NCBI GenBank assembly: GCA_041330285.1 | Contig: JBGKMI010000001.1 | Location: 304,630-368,629, forward strand | Direction of reading: 5' to 3' | Length of the DNA: 64,000 nucleotides | Origin: Collinsella sp. | GTDB lineage: Bacteria > Actinomycetota > Coriobacteriia > Coriobacteriales > Coriobacteriaceae | Shown: positions 1 through 10,497 of the stretch, piece by piece | Layout of the letters: every line of letters begins with the position of its first letter | Numbering within the stretch: position 1 is the first letter of the stretch | Notes under the pieces: model-generated | What the model was told of the DNA's origin: nothing | What the model saw: only the letters and a program-made list of their open reading frames with translations | The model's database searches: none | Made by a program: the position numbers and the translations under genes

Positions 1-477
1 TGGTTTGAGCGCGCCGGTAAGGGGCATTTCACTGGCGAGGAAGCGTTGGCCCGTTGGGACGAGTGGGCGCATAAACGTCCGCGCGACTATCAGGCTTTGA
101 TTAACCCAGGCGCCGTGGATACGATTCGAGAGCTGCCGCGCCGCGGCGTTCGCGTGGCGCTTGCCAGCTCGTCTCCCATGGATAGCATCGAGGAAGTGCT
201 CAACGCATGCGGGCTGTCGGATGCCTTTGAGTATGTGGTGAGCGGCGAGCAGTTTAAGGAGAGCAAGCCCGAGCCCGACATCTACCTGCATGCATTGGAC
301 CTGCTGGGGCTGCCCGCGAATCGCTGCTGCTGCGTTGAGGATTCGGTGCCCGGCATCACTGCCGGCAAGCGAGCCGGCCTGACGGTCATTGCCAAGCGCG
401 AGGAACGCTTCGGCTTTAGCCAAGATGCCGCGGACAAGATTATCGACCAGCTGCCGGAGCTGCTCACGCTTTCTTAG
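1..477 (+). CDS. HAD-family phosphatase (beta-PGM/CbbY-like), 5' end outside window
   Basis: Frame is open from base 1. HAD motifs LASSS, KPEPDIY and VEDSVPGI. Confidence 0.85.
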   Translation, partial: WFERAGKGHFTGEEALARWDEWAHKRPRDYQALINPGAVDTIRELPRRGVRVALASSSPMDSIEEVLNACGLSDAFEYVVSGEQFKESKPEPDIYLHALDLLGLPANRCCCVEDSVPGITAGKRAGLTVIAKREERFGFSQDAADKIIDQLPELLTLS

Positions 478-627
478 GAGCGCGGTAGTTGCGCGTTTTT
501 CGGGTCCGATGAGTAAATACCCGACATTTTGGTGCGGCAGCAAGCATACTTAATGCTAATGCGGGCTTAAGGGCTTGTTGAATGCCCTTGGGCCCGCTTT
601 AGACTTAATTGTGCTGGGAGAGGGTAT

Positions 628-1371
628 ATGCCACCGACTGAAGGGCTAACTGACGGTAAAGCAGCGATACCGCTGTACCAACAGGTTATCGATATCATTA
701 AAAACGAAATTAACTCCGGTGCCTACAAGGCGGGCGCGCGGATACCCAATGAATTCGAATTGGCTGAGAGCTATAAAGTTGGCCGCGTTACCGTGCGACG
801 CGCTATTGAGGAGCTCGTCCAGCAGGGCTATCTAACGAAGCGGCAGGGGAAAGGCACGTTTGTCAATGCCCCCAAGCTTAAGCGCAAGATTCGCCAGAAG
901 GATGACGTCCAGAGTTTTTCGGACGCATGCCGCGTTAACGGAATGGAGCCGGGGGCGTGCGTCATTTCGAGAAAGATACTGCCGGCGGATTCCACCGAAG
1001 CGCAGTTCTTTGGTGTTCCCGTTGGAACTGATTTGATTTGCGTTGAGCGTGTGCGTACTGCCGATGGAGTCCCCGTCATGCTCGAGAACAACATATACGT
1101 TTACGAGGACAACGCTTATCTATCAACGGCACCTCTATCTAACCAATCCATTTTTGAGTTCGTGCGTAACCGGACGGGCCGTACGCCCGCGTTTACCGAC
1201 CCGTGCACACTCGAGATCGCGTGCGCGTCGCCCGAGGTCGCTCGGCTGTTGGCAGTTCCCGTTGGCGAACCCTTGTTTTATATGGAAGCCTTCTTTTTCG
1301 ACGAGCAGCGGCGGCCGTTTATCATCGGTCGTCAGCGGATCGTTGGGTCTCGCTACGTTTTTGACATCTAG
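628..1371 (+). CDS. GntR/HutC-family regulator with UTRA domain (FrlR-like)
   Basis: wHTH PLYQQV...IPNEFELAESYKVGRVTVRRAIEEL...RQGKGTFV and a C-terminal UTRA-like domain. Lies upstream of the frl cluster. Confidence 0.9.
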   Translation: MPPTEGLTDGKAAIPLYQQVIDIIKNEINSGAYKAGARIPNEFELAESYKVGRVTVRRAIEELVQQGYLTKRQGKGTFVNAPKLKRKIRQKDDVQSFSDACRVNGMEPGACVISRKILPADSTEAQFFGVPVGTDLICVERVRTADGVPVMLENNIYVYEDNAYLSTAPLSNQSIFEFVRNRTGRTPAFTDPCTLEIACASPEVARLLAVPVGEPLFYMEAFFFDEQRRPFIIGRQRIVGSRYVFDI

Positions 1372-1384
1372 GACATTGCGAATT

Positions 1385-1418
1385 GAGACGCCCGGTGGAT
1401 CATCTCACCGGGCGTCTC
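1385..1418 (+). terminator. GC-rich hairpin after the GntR gene
   Basis: GAGACGCCCGGTG...CACCGGGCGTCTC inverted repeat with no strong U-tract. Confidence 0.5.
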
Positions 1419-1507
1419 CATACCGTTCACGGCGCAAACGCAACCGTTCAACCGCGTTGCGGCAATCAGTTTGAAATTATCTTGATGACGAGAAAAGCTG
1501 CTGGTAA

Positions 1508-1525
1508 TCTATGGGACGTCATAGA
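1508..1525. promoter_or_regulatory. Candidate GntR operator upstream of the frl cluster
   Basis: Palindrome TCTATG-GGACGT-CATAGA about 65 nt upstream of the transporter ATG. Confidence 0.45.
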
Positions 1526-1589
1526 ACGTTTGCATTGTGCAAACGTTGAAGCGAGATGCGATGCAGTCTCGAGTTCTTTGGAGGTATCT

Positions 1590-3053
1590 ATGTCAGATAC
1601 GAAGGCGAAGAAGACAAACAGACGTTTTAAGTTCAAATTACCGCATGTCTATACGATCATGTTCTTGCTGATCGTTGTCTTTGCGGTCCTGACTTGGATC
1701 GTTCCCTCTGGTCAGTATCAGCGCAAGACGATTTCGACAGCGGCGGGCGAGCGTGAAGTCGCCGTTGCTGGAACCTATGAACAGGTCGATAAGAACTACA
1801 CCGATTCCGAGACCGGCGAGACCATCAATCTGGGCCAGGATATCTTCGCGGTCCTGCAAGCGCCCACCAAGGGTATCCAAGAGGCTGCCGACGTCGTTGC
1901 GTTCGTCTTATTGATTGGCGGATCGTTCGCAATCATCACCAAGACCAACGCTTTGAATGCCGGCATGAGCCGTGTGATTAAAAAGCTCAAGAACAAGGAC
2001 ATCCTCATCATTCCCATCACGATGACGTTGCTGTCCATTTGCGGCACTACGTTTGGTATGTCTGAGGAAGCCCTGCCGTTCTATGCCATCTTCATTCCCA
2101 TCATGATGGGTATCGGTTATGACTCGATGACGGCATTCATCATCTGCTTCCTTGGTCCTAACTTGGGATATTGTGCTTCGACCATCGACCCGTTTAATGT
2201 TTTGATCGCCCAAGGCATCATTGGCATCGAGGGTAATCCGCAACTGTGGCTGCGTGCCGTTTCTTGGGTCATCTTCACTGCCGTCGGTATCGCATGGGCC
2301 ATGCGCTACGCCATGCGCGTCAAGAAAAATCCCGAGTCGTCCATTGTGTACGAGGACGATAAGCTCAAGCGTATTGAGTTTTCCGTGACCGATGCCTCCA
2401 TCGAGGAAGAGTTCACTATCCGTCAGAAGCTCGTGCTTATCGATTTTGCTTGCGGTATGGGCATTATCGTCTGGGGTCTTGTTACCCAGGGCTGGTACAT
2501 GAATGAGATTTCCGCCGTGTTCCTTGGCATGGGCTTGCTTGCCGGTATCCTGGGCGGTCTTGACCAGCAGACGATCGCAGAGGAGTTCGTTAAGGGTCTT
2601 GCCGACTTTGCGTACGCTGCCATCGTTATCGGTATCGCTCGCGGTATTCTGGTCATCGCCGAGGGCGGCATGATCATCGACACCATCCTCCAGGCGCTCG
2701 CTACTGCGCTTGCCGGTGCACCCGCCGCCGTTTACACCACGTTTATGTATATCGTCCTTGGCCTGCTCTCTTTGCTGGTTCCCTCGAGTTCTGGCCTGGC
2801 GGCGCTCACCATGCCCGTTATGGGCCCCCTGACCGAGCTCATGGGCCTCAATCCCGAGGCGGCCGTCACCGCGCTCCAGTTTGCCAACCAGACCATCAAC
2901 ACCATCAGCCCCGTGGCGGGCATGACGGTCGCCGGTCTTGCCGTGGCTAGGATTTCGTTTGGCCAATGGTGGAAGACCATTTGGAAGTTCTTCATTTTCA
3001 TGGTCGTCTTTGGCCTGATCGTAACGGCAATCTCTGGCATGCTTCCGGTGTAG
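1590..3053 (+). CDS. YfcC/DcuC-like (basic amino-acid antiporter-type) transporter
   Basis: KLPHVYTI...LTWIVPSGQY, GMSEEALPF and VPSSSGLAALTMP motifs with many TM helices. GGAGG SD before ATG 1590. Confidence 0.85.
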   Translation: MSDTKAKKTNRRFKFKLPHVYTIMFLLIVVFAVLTWIVPSGQYQRKTISTAAGEREVAVAGTYEQVDKNYTDSETGETINLGQDIFAVLQAPTKGIQEAADVVAFVLLIGGSFAIITKTNALNAGMSRVIKKLKNKDILIIPITMTLLSICGTTFGMSEEALPFYAIFIPIMMGIGYDSMTAFIICFLGPNLGYCASTIDPFNVLIAQGIIGIEGNPQLWLRAVSWVIFTAVGIAWAMRYAMRVKKNPESSIVYEDDKLKRIEFSVTDASIEEEFTIRQKLVLIDFACGMGIIVWGLVTQGWYMNEISAVFLGMGLLAGILGGLDQQTIAEEFVKGLADFAYAAIVIGIARGILVIAEGGMIIDTILQALATALAGAPAAVYTTFMYIVLGLLSLLVPSSSGLAALTMPVMGPLTELMGLNPEAAVTALQFANQTINTISPVAGMTVAGLAVARISFGQWWKTIWKFFIFMVVFGLIVTAISGMLPV

Positions 3054-3062
3054 GTGGTTGTG

Positions 3063-4646
3063 ATGTCTGATCGTTTGACGGTCCTGACGTCTAAGAGCGT
3101 CTTTACCGGTACGGGGGACCTGCCGTTTGAAGGTTTCGTAGCGGTCCGTGGCAATCGAATTGAGGCTGTTGGCACCAAGTGTGAGGTAGCTTCGTATTTG
3201 ACCCAGGCGGACGAGGTAGTTGACCTGGGCGACCGCACTGTCATGCCTGGCCTGATCGATGTGCATACCTTCTATACAGGTTGGGCGCTGCGGACGTTGG
3301 GGTCTGATCTATCCGGCATCGCTGATGCCAAAGAGGCCGTGTCGCTCTTGCGTGCATGGAAAGAAGGTCATCCGGATTGCGCGGCGGCTTTTGGCCACAA
3401 CCTACCCGAAACGTTGGCATCGGATGCCGAGAACGCAAATACAGCAGCTGTGTTTGACGAGTGTTTTGGCGATATCCCTGTCGTCTGCTTTACGCCGGGC
3501 GCGGAGACCTGCGTTCTCAATGCTGCCGCCAGTGCGCGATATGGCTTTACACCCCAGGCGTGCTATGCCGAGAAGATCTGGCGCATGATGAGCGATTTCC
3601 TCGCGCTGCCCGAGGTGCGTGCCGGGTATTCGGACTACATGAGCATGCTTAACGAGCGCGGCGTTACCGCCATCAAGGAAATGGCGTTTGATGACTACTA
3701 CGGCTTTGCCGACGAAATGGCTCGCCGTGAGGAATCTGGTGAGCTGACGGTTCGCGTCTCTATGATGTCGCAGCCGGTGGGCGCCGGTGCAAATCTGGCA
3801 TATGCCCGCGAGGCGCGAGAGCGCTTCCGGGGACCGTTCGTTCGTTTTTCTGGCTTCAACCGTATGACCGATCGCGGCGTATGGGTGGGGCTTGCCGAGA
3901 TGATTGACCCCTATGAGGACACGGCCGATGCGGGCGCTGCCGGCAAGACGGTCGTCGAGGAGCCAGAGTGGGATCTGATTGAGAACGAGCTGCGTGCAAT
4001 TGATGCTGAGGGCTTCCGATACTCCTTGCATTGCCAGGGCGATGGCGCCGTTCGCCGCACCGTGGCGCTCTATGCCTCGCTGCCTCGAGACGAGCATGGA
4101 CGGATGCTTCGCCGCCATGCGATTACCGATCTCGAGAACTCTGACCCGACCGATCTTGTCGAGTTTGGCAAGTTAGGTGGAATTTGCGAGGTCTATCCGC
4201 AGATTCTGACGCTGGACCGGCGCGAGGATTGCCTGTCGATGATGCGTCGACAAATTGGCGAGACGCGACTTTTGCACAGCTGGAATCGCCGCGGCATGGA
4301 AGATTCCGGATGCACAGTGTGCTGTGGAACGGATTTGCCACTGCTGATTCCGAGCCTGGGCGAGTCAATATACAGCGCGTGCGGTGGATTCTTCGCCGAC
4401 GGACTGCCCGTGAATGAGGTCAACACGCTGACGCTTGTCGAGCTCTTGCGCGCTTGGACTGCCGGGGGCGCGTACGATCTGATGCGCGAAGATGAGCTGG
4501 GTACGCTTGAGGTTGGCAAGCTTGCCGATATCTGCGTGCTCGATCGGGATGTGTTCGACCTCGATTATCGCGACGCACGCGATCTTGCGGTTGATATGAC
4601 GATGTCGGACGGACAAATCGTGTTCGATCGAAATAAGGAGGCATAA
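3063..4646 (+). CDS. Amidohydrolase_3 (YtcJ-like) metal-dependent hydrolase
   Basis: DLGDRTVMPGLIDVH, HCQGDGAV, GTD and GTLEVGKLADICVLDRD. Confidence 0.85.
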   Translation: MSDRLTVLTSKSVFTGTGDLPFEGFVAVRGNRIEAVGTKCEVASYLTQADEVVDLGDRTVMPGLIDVHTFYTGWALRTLGSDLSGIADAKEAVSLLRAWKEGHPDCAAAFGHNLPETLASDAENANTAAVFDECFGDIPVVCFTPGAETCVLNAAASARYGFTPQACYAEKIWRMMSDFLALPEVRAGYSDYMSMLNERGVTAIKEMAFDDYYGFADEMARREESGELTVRVSMMSQPVGAGANLAYAREARERFRGPFVRFSGFNRMTDRGVWVGLAEMIDPYEDTADAGAAGKTVVEEPEWDLIENELRAIDAEGFRYSLHCQGDGAVRRTVALYASLPRDEHGRMLRRHAITDLENSDPTDLVEFGKLGGICEVYPQILTLDRREDCLSMMRRQIGETRLLHSWNRRGMEDSGCTVCCGTDLPLLIPSLGESIYSACGGFFADGLPVNEVNTLTLVELLRAWTAGGAYDLMREDELGTLEVGKLADICVLDRDVFDLDYRDARDLAVDMTMSDGQIVFDRNKEA

Positions 4647-4647
4647 G

Positions 4648-5499
4648 ATGTCTGAATCCAAACCGACGCTGCGTCGCGAGCAGATTGCGGGCATGAATAT
4701 CCACTACATCATGTGGTCGCTCGATTACTTCCTTGATGTGCAGCAGCGCTTGGGCTTTGAGTCTATTGAGCTGTGGTGTGCAGAGCCGCATGTGACGCTC
4801 GACCATACGGGCTACTTTGAGGCTGAGGTCCTGGCGAAAAAGGCTGCAGACCGTGGGCTTAGGTATCGTACTCTGTGCCCCGAGAATGTTGTCTATCCTT
4901 GGCAGTACTGCGCACGCAAGCCGCTGCATGAACAGCGCAGCCTGGCGTACTTTAAACACGGCATTGAACTTGCCGAGGTACTTGGGTGCGACCGTATGTC
5001 CATCAACTCGGGCTGGGGCGACTGGGACGAGGACCGCGAGGAAGCCTGGAAGCGCAGCCGCGAGCACTTGTCCATTCTGGCGGAGTATGCCGGCGAGCAC
5101 GGTCTGGTGCTTACGATGGAAAGCCTGCGTCCCGAGGAGAGCAACCTCGTGACGACGGTTTCCGATGCGAAGCGCATGATTGACGAGGTCGCGAGCCCGT
5201 ACTTACAGCCCATGGTTGATACAACCGCGATGGGCGTCGCAGGCGAGACGCTCGAGGACTGGTTTGCCGCCTTTGGCGATGGGGCAATTCACGAGATGCA
5301 CTTTATCGACGGTGACCCGTATGGCCATCTGGTGTGGGGCGATGGCAAGCACGATATGGACGCCTTCGTCGCCACGCTCAACGCCCATGGTTTCGACGGC
5401 ATGCTGGGCCAGGAAATCACGGACGGTCGTTACTACGATGACCCGGCGGCCGCAGATGCCAAGAACATGGCCGCATTCGAGAAATATCTGATTGACTAA
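4648..5499 (+). CDS. frlC: Fructoselysine 3-epimerase-like TIM-barrel isomerase
   Basis: GFESIELW.AEPH, MESLRPEESNLV, HFIDG and HLVWGDG resemble FrlC. Adjacent to frlB/frlD. Confidence 0.7.
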   Translation: MSESKPTLRREQIAGMNIHYIMWSLDYFLDVQQRLGFESIELWCAEPHVTLDHTGYFEAEVLAKKAADRGLRYRTLCPENVVYPWQYCARKPLHEQRSLAYFKHGIELAEVLGCDRMSINSGWGDWDEDREEAWKRSREHLSILAEYAGEHGLVLTMESLRPEESNLVTTVSDAKRMIDEVASPYLQPMVDTTAMGVAGETLEDWFAAFGDGAIHEMHFIDGDPYGHLVWGDGKHDMDAFVATLNAHGFDGMLGQEITDGRYYDDPAAADAKNMAAFEKYLID

Positions 5500-5561
5500 A
5501 ACAACCATCGGCCACGCAACCAACGTCATTGATTGCGGGCCAAACAAGAAAGGAACTGGAT

Positions 5562-6530
5562 ATGAACGCACACGATCTGATTAAAGAGGCAATTGCCGAG
5601 AAGGGCAAGTTCGACAGCGTCTACTGGATTGCTTGCGGTGGCTCCATGATCGATTTGATCCCGGCTCATGAGCTTCTGCAGCGCGAGGCTACCACCTTCA
5701 CTTCGTATATCTATACCGCGCGTGAATTCGACATTATGCGTCCGCGTCGTCTGGGCGAGAAGTCCCTGGTCATCGCTTGCAGCCACAGCGGCAATACCCC
5801 CGAGGTCGTCGAGGGCTGCGAGATTGCCCTTGCTGCCGGCGCTACGGTGATCGCCCAGACCGACAACGCTGGATCCAAGATTGACTCCGGCAAGTGGACC
5901 ACGTGGGTCTACCCATGGGGCGAGGGCGTGCCGCAGGCCGAGGTCCCCGCTGGCATTTCGCTGTCGCTTGCGGCAGAGCTGCTCGATCAGCAGGAGGGCT
6001 ACGCCGATCTTGCCGATATGTATGCCGGTATCGCCGAGATGGATAAGATTCTTCCCCCGGCACGCGAGAAGGTAAATGCCGAGCTGGGCGATCGCTTTGC
6101 CAAGCTTTGCCAGGAGCACGAGTTCTTCTATATTCTGGGCAGCGGTCCCAACTTTAGCCAGACCTACGGTTTCGCTATCTGCTCTCTTATGGAGATGCAG
6201 TGGCAGCACTGCAGCTACATTCACTCTGCCGAGTACTTCCATGGCCCCTTCGAGGCTACTCAGGATGGCGTTTTTTACTTCCTGCAGATGGGCTCCAGCG
6301 AGTGCCGTGCTATGGACGAGCGCGCCCTGGCGTTCCTTAAGACGCATACCGATACGCTGATGGTGCTCGATGCCAAGGAGTACGGTATGGAAGCCGTGCC
6401 GGCGAGCGTCCGTGCTTATCTGGACCCGGTGCTGTTCTACGCCATGAACTGCGAGCTGCGTGCCGCACGCGGCAAGGTGTTTGATCACGATCCCGATTTC
6501 CGTCGCTACATGGGCGTCGTCGAGTACTAG
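5562..6530 (+). CDS. frlB: Fructoselysine-6-phosphate deglycase (double SIS domain)
   Basis: ACGGS, SHSGNTPE, SLMEMQW, EYFHGPFE and C-terminal RRYMGVVEY. Confidence 0.9.
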   Translation: MNAHDLIKEAIAEKGKFDSVYWIACGGSMIDLIPAHELLQREATTFTSYIYTAREFDIMRPRRLGEKSLVIACSHSGNTPEVVEGCEIALAAGATVIAQTDNAGSKIDSGKWTTWVYPWGEGVPQAEVPAGISLSLAAELLDQQEGYADLADMYAGIAEMDKILPPAREKVNAELGDRFAKLCQEHEFFYILGSGPNFSQTYGFAICSLMEMQWQHCSYIHSAEYFHGPFEATQDGVFYFLQMGSSECRAMDERALAFLKTHTDTLMVLDAKEYGMEAVPASVRAYLDPVLFYAMNCELRAARGKVFDHDPDFRRYMGVVEY

Positions 6531-6543
6531 AAGGATAAATACC

Positions 6544-7407
6544 ATGGCATTTAACGTTAACGCGCTCGGATTTGGCGACAACGTCGTCGATCGCTACGAG
6601 CATATCCACACCATGTATCCTGGCGGCAACGCGGTGAACTTCGCCGTTTATGCCAAGAAATGCGGTGCCGCACGCTCCGCATACATGGGCATTTTTGGCA
6701 ATGACGCCGCTGCCGAGCATGTCATTGCAAGCCTCGAGGATGAGGGTATCGAGCTTGACAAGTGTGAGCAGATGATTGGCGAGAACGGAGCGGCTCGCGT
6801 GACCGTCGTTGACGGTGACCGTGTCTTCCTTGGCTCCAACGAGGGCGGTATCCGTGGCGATGCGCGCTATGTCCTCGATCGCTTTGACCTTTCGTACATG
6901 AAGCAGTTCGATGTGGTTCATTCGGGCAACTATTGCTTTACCGAGCGCGAGCTGCCCAAGCTGAAGGCTGCGGGCGTCACGGTCTCTTTTGACTTTTCGG
7001 ACGACTCCACCGACGAGTACTACGAGCAGATTGCACCCTACGTCGATTTTGCCTTCTTTAGTGCGGCGGATGCCGCGAGTGAGGACGAGATTCGCGAGCG
7101 TCTGGCATGGGTGAAGGGCCTGGGTCCGCGTTTTGTGTCGGCTACGGCGGGTGCCGAGGGCTGCATTGCTTACGACGGCGAGCGTTATTACCGCCAGCTG
7201 GCTAAACCGGTAACGGACATGAAGGACACCATGGGAGCGGGCGACTCGTTCCTCACTTCGTTTTTGATGTGCTATCTCGATTCCGCCAAGCGTGGTGAGG
7301 ATGGCGCCGAGGCCATCGAGCGCGCGCTCGACTTTGCTGCCGGGTTTGCCTCGACCGTGTGCGGCATGGAAGGTTCTTGGGGCCACGGAGCACCAATCGT
7401 CGAATAG
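6544..7407 (+). CDS. frlD: Fructoselysine 6-kinase (PfkB family)
   Basis: GDNVVDRY...YPGGNAVNFAVY, SFDFSD and DTMGAGDSF. Confidence 0.85.
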   Translation: MAFNVNALGFGDNVVDRYEHIHTMYPGGNAVNFAVYAKKCGAARSAYMGIFGNDAAAEHVIASLEDEGIELDKCEQMIGENGAARVTVVDGDRVFLGSNEGGIRGDARYVLDRFDLSYMKQFDVVHSGNYCFTERELPKLKAAGVTVSFDFSDDSTDEYYEQIAPYVDFAFFSAADAASEDEIRERLAWVKGLGPRFVSATAGAEGCIAYDGERYYRQLAKPVTDMKDTMGAGDSFLTSFLMCYLDSAKRGEDGAEAIERALDFAAGFASTVCGMEGSWGHGAPIVE

Positions 7408-7528
7408 CTTAAGAAAGCGTACGGCGGTCTGGCTATGAGGCTTTGGACAGCCGATGCAAAACAATAAGCGAAACGCGAAAAGGGGGCTCGCCATGTGGTG
7501 GGTCCCCTTTTGAACATTGGAGAAGACC

Positions 7529-8329
7529 ATGGGTATTAAAGCGTGCGCAGCTGGTTTTTGCTGTGCGGACGTCTATCAAAACATCGGCGTGTTCTATCCG
7601 ACTGGTAATGGCATTGACTGGGGTATCCATCTTGCACGAATGGGCGTTTCGGTATCCGCCGTGTCGGTTGTCGGCAAGGACGAGTACGGAGACAAGATGA
7701 GGGAGGCGCTGGCCGCTGAGGGGTTCGATATCTCACATCTGCGGGTGGAGGATGGCGACACCTCGGTGATGCTCATGGCGTTGAAAGACGGCGTCGATCG
7801 CGTACATCTCGAGGCAATCGATGGCGTAATGGAGGCATATCGACCGAATGAAGATGACCGGGCGTTTATCCTAGAACATGACATCATTCACACCGACCTG
7901 TTTGGCAATTGTTTGGACCTCCTGCCCGAATGGCATGATGCGGGCAAGACGGTGGTTATGGACTTCTCGGTGTTCAGCCAGGATCCCGAATATGCCTGCG
8001 AGAACCATTTTCCCTACGTTGACTATGCGTTCATGTCGTTTGAAGAGGACACTCCGGAGCTGCGTGATTGGGTACGTCACGTACAGGAGCTGGGACCGCG
8101 GGTGGCAGTTGCCACGCTTGGTGAGAAGGGAAGCATTGCCTATGACGGTGAGCGCTTCTATGAGTGCGGGATCGTGCCGGCGGAGAAGGTCGTTAACACC
8201 GTGGGTGCCGGCGACTCGTATATTGCCGGGTTTACCAAGGGCGTGATCGATGGCCTTGATATTCCGGCGTGTATGAAGGCGGGCGCTGAACTGTCGTCCC
8301 GAGTGATTGGTTCGTTTGAGCCGTACTAG
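7529..8329 (+). CDS. Second FrlD-like PfkB sugar kinase
   Basis: YPTGNG, MDFS, ATLGEKGS and NTVGAGDSYIAGF. Confidence 0.85.
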   Translation: MGIKACAAGFCCADVYQNIGVFYPTGNGIDWGIHLARMGVSVSAVSVVGKDEYGDKMREALAAEGFDISHLRVEDGDTSVMLMALKDGVDRVHLEAIDGVMEAYRPNEDDRAFILEHDIIHTDLFGNCLDLLPEWHDAGKTVVMDFSVFSQDPEYACENHFPYVDYAFMSFEEDTPELRDWVRHVQELGPRVAVATLGEKGSIAYDGERFYECGIVPAEKVVNTVGAGDSYIAGFTKGVIDGLDIPACMKAGAELSSRVIGSFEPY

Positions 8330-8356
8330 GGCCAAATGCCTGGAAAGGAGTACGAA

Positions 8357-9217
8357 ATGGTTATCGACATGTTGGTCCATCCTATGCTCTATGGCGAGAT
8401 CTGTACGCCGGGTGATGAGCCTGATGGATTCGGTTTTTGGTCACGAGAATTTGGTATGGGGCATATGGGCCCCATGGATTGGGATGAGCTTCAAGTCGAG
8501 ATGGACGTCTGCGACGTGCGGAAGAGCGTGCTCATGCCGCTCGATGTAACCACGGCATGCGGAGGACACTTTGGCACCAATGACCAGATTGCCATGCTGG
8601 TTGCCGCGCACCCCGATCGTCTGTGGGGATTTGCGAGCGTAGATCCGCAGGTGAGCGGTGCCGCAGACGAATTGGAGCGCGCCTTTACCGAGTTGGGGGC
8701 AAAGGGGCTTTGCCTGCATCCGGCAAAGCAGGGTTTTGCCCCCGATGATGCTGTGGCCGAGCCGCTTTACGAGCTGTGCGAGCGCTATAACAAGCCGGTG
8801 GTTTTCCATGCCGGTATGTCTTGGGAGCCGGGCGCAGAGCTCTCGCGCAGTAACCCGCTTGCATTTGAGCACACAATCGCAACGCATCCAAATGTGCGCT
8901 TTAGTTTGACCCACTTTGGCTGGCCCTGGGTGCGCGAGACCGTGGCGATGCTGCTCAAGTATCCCAACTGCTACACGGACACCTCTATCACTTACATCGA
9001 TTCGCCCGAGGAGATGATGCAGCGCCTTTTCACGGTCGATATGGGGCCGCTGTGGTATGAGCGCGCGCTATCGCATCAAGTGATGTTCGCCAGCAATACG
9101 CCGCGTTTCCGTGCATTCAAACTCAAGCGGGCGCTCGATACCGTGCTCATGCGCGATGATGCGCGAGAAAGGCTCTACTGGGGTAATGCCCTGCGTTTTC
9201 TTGAAGGGGATGAGTAA
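8357..9217 (+). CDS. Amidohydrolase_2 family TIM-barrel hydrolase
   Basis: GFASVDP, GLCLHP, VVFHAG, THFGWPW and YTDTS. AAGGAG SD before ATG 8357. Confidence 0.8.
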   Translation: MVIDMLVHPMLYGEICTPGDEPDGFGFWSREFGMGHMGPMDWDELQVEMDVCDVRKSVLMPLDVTTACGGHFGTNDQIAMLVAAHPDRLWGFASVDPQVSGAADELERAFTELGAKGLCLHPAKQGFAPDDAVAEPLYELCERYNKPVVFHAGMSWEPGAELSRSNPLAFEHTIATHPNVRFSLTHFGWPWVRETVAMLLKYPNCYTDTSITYIDSPEEMMQRLFTVDMGPLWYERALSHQVMFASNTPRFRAFKLKRALDTVLMRDDARERLYWGNALRFLEGDE

Positions 9218-9219
9218 AC

Positions 9220-9648
9220 ATGGTGACGCTCGAGACATTGAGCTATCTATCGACTGCTCCGGACCAGTTCATCGATATTACCGAAGATGTGCACGCTGCC
9301 ATCGAACGCAGCTCGGTGACCAATGGCTTGGCAGCGATTATTTTGTCGCATACGACCTGTGGAATCGTGGTAAACGAGGGACTGCCCTGCGTGGAGACGG
9401 ATCTTATGGAGACGCTTGATCGCATCGCCCCACTCGATGCCCCCTATGCGCATGCACACTTCCTGCCGAGCTATGGAGCCACTGGTAACAACTCCTGTGG
9501 GCATATCAAGAGCATGATTTGTGGAAACAGTTGCTTCTTTCCCGTCCAAGATGGCCACATCGTGTGCGGAGGTGCCCAGAACATCTATCTTGCGGAGTTT
9601 GACGGTCCGCAGAAGCGAAAAGTGTACGTCGAGGTGCTGGGGGAGTAA
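9220..9648 (+). CDS. YjbQ/UPF0047 family protein
   Basis: FIDITEDV, HTTCGIVVNE, GHIKS and EFDGP. Confidence 0.9.
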   Translation: MVTLETLSYLSTAPDQFIDITEDVHAAIERSSVTNGLAAIILSHTTCGIVVNEGLPCVETDLMETLDRIAPLDAPYAHAHFLPSYGATGNNSCGHIKSMICGNSCFFPVQDGHIVCGGAQNIYLAEFDGPQKRKVYVEVLGE

Positions 9649-9681
9649 CGTCCCTGCAATGACCCTAAGAAGGAGCACGTT

Positions 9682-10491
9682 ATGTCGTTTCTAACCTCGA
9701 TGTTCAAGACCGAAAAGCCGGTTATTGGAATGCTGCACCTGCGTCCTCTGCCGGGCGATCCACTGTATTACCCGGGCGGAAGCGTGTCGCAGGTCGTGGA
9801 AGCGGCCAAGCGCGATCTCGAGGCGTTGCAGCAGGGCGGTGTCGATGGCATTTTGATTACCAATGAGCTCTCGATGCCCTATGAGCAGCATGTTTCTCCC
9901 TCAACCCTTGCATCGATGGGCTATGTAATCGGGGCTCTATCCCATGATTTGTCGACTCCTTGGGGAGCTGAAGCTATTTACGATGGTGATGCCACAATCG
10001 AGCTGTGCGCTGCCGTCGACGCGCAGTTCACGCGTTGCAATTTTTGCGGTGCCTGGGCCGGTGATCTCGGGCTGATTAACCGAGATTTCGCTCACACCAT
10101 GCGTCGCAAGGCGGCGCTGCGCCTGGACGACCTCAAGCTTTTTCACTTCATCACGAGCGAGGGGGAGGTTTATCTCAACGACCGCACGATTGCGGACATT
10201 GCCGATTCACTTCTCTTTAATTGCCTACCGGATGCGATGGTCATCGGCGGTTCGGCTGCCGGTCGTGGCGCTTCGGGCGAGCTTGCCGATGAGGTCCATG
10301 AGCGTGTTGGCGAAGTGCCCGTGGTATGTGGCACCGGTTGTCGCGAAAATACCGTGGCTGACGTATTTGCTCACTACGATGGCGCGTTTGTCGGCACCTG
10401 CTTAAAGCGCGACGGAAAGCTGGATGCCCCGGTTGATGTTGAGCGGGTAGCTCGTTTTATGGCTGCCGCTCGTACGGCGCGAGGGGAGTAG
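9682..10491 (+). CDS. BtpA/SgcQ family TIM-barrel protein
   Basis: KPVIGMLHLRPLPGDP, GGVDGILITNE and DGAFVGT.LKRDG. Confidence 0.9.
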   Translation: MSFLTSMFKTEKPVIGMLHLRPLPGDPLYYPGGSVSQVVEAAKRDLEALQQGGVDGILITNELSMPYEQHVSPSTLASMGYVIGALSHDLSTPWGAEAIYDGDATIELCAAVDAQFTRCNFCGAWAGDLGLINRDFAHTMRRKAALRLDDLKLFHFITSEGEVYLNDRTIADIADSLLFNCLPDAMVIGGSAAGRGASGELADEVHERVGEVPVVCGTGCRENTVADVFAHYDGAFVGTCLKRDGKLDAPVDVERVARFMAAARTARGE

Positions 10492-10497
10492 GCACCT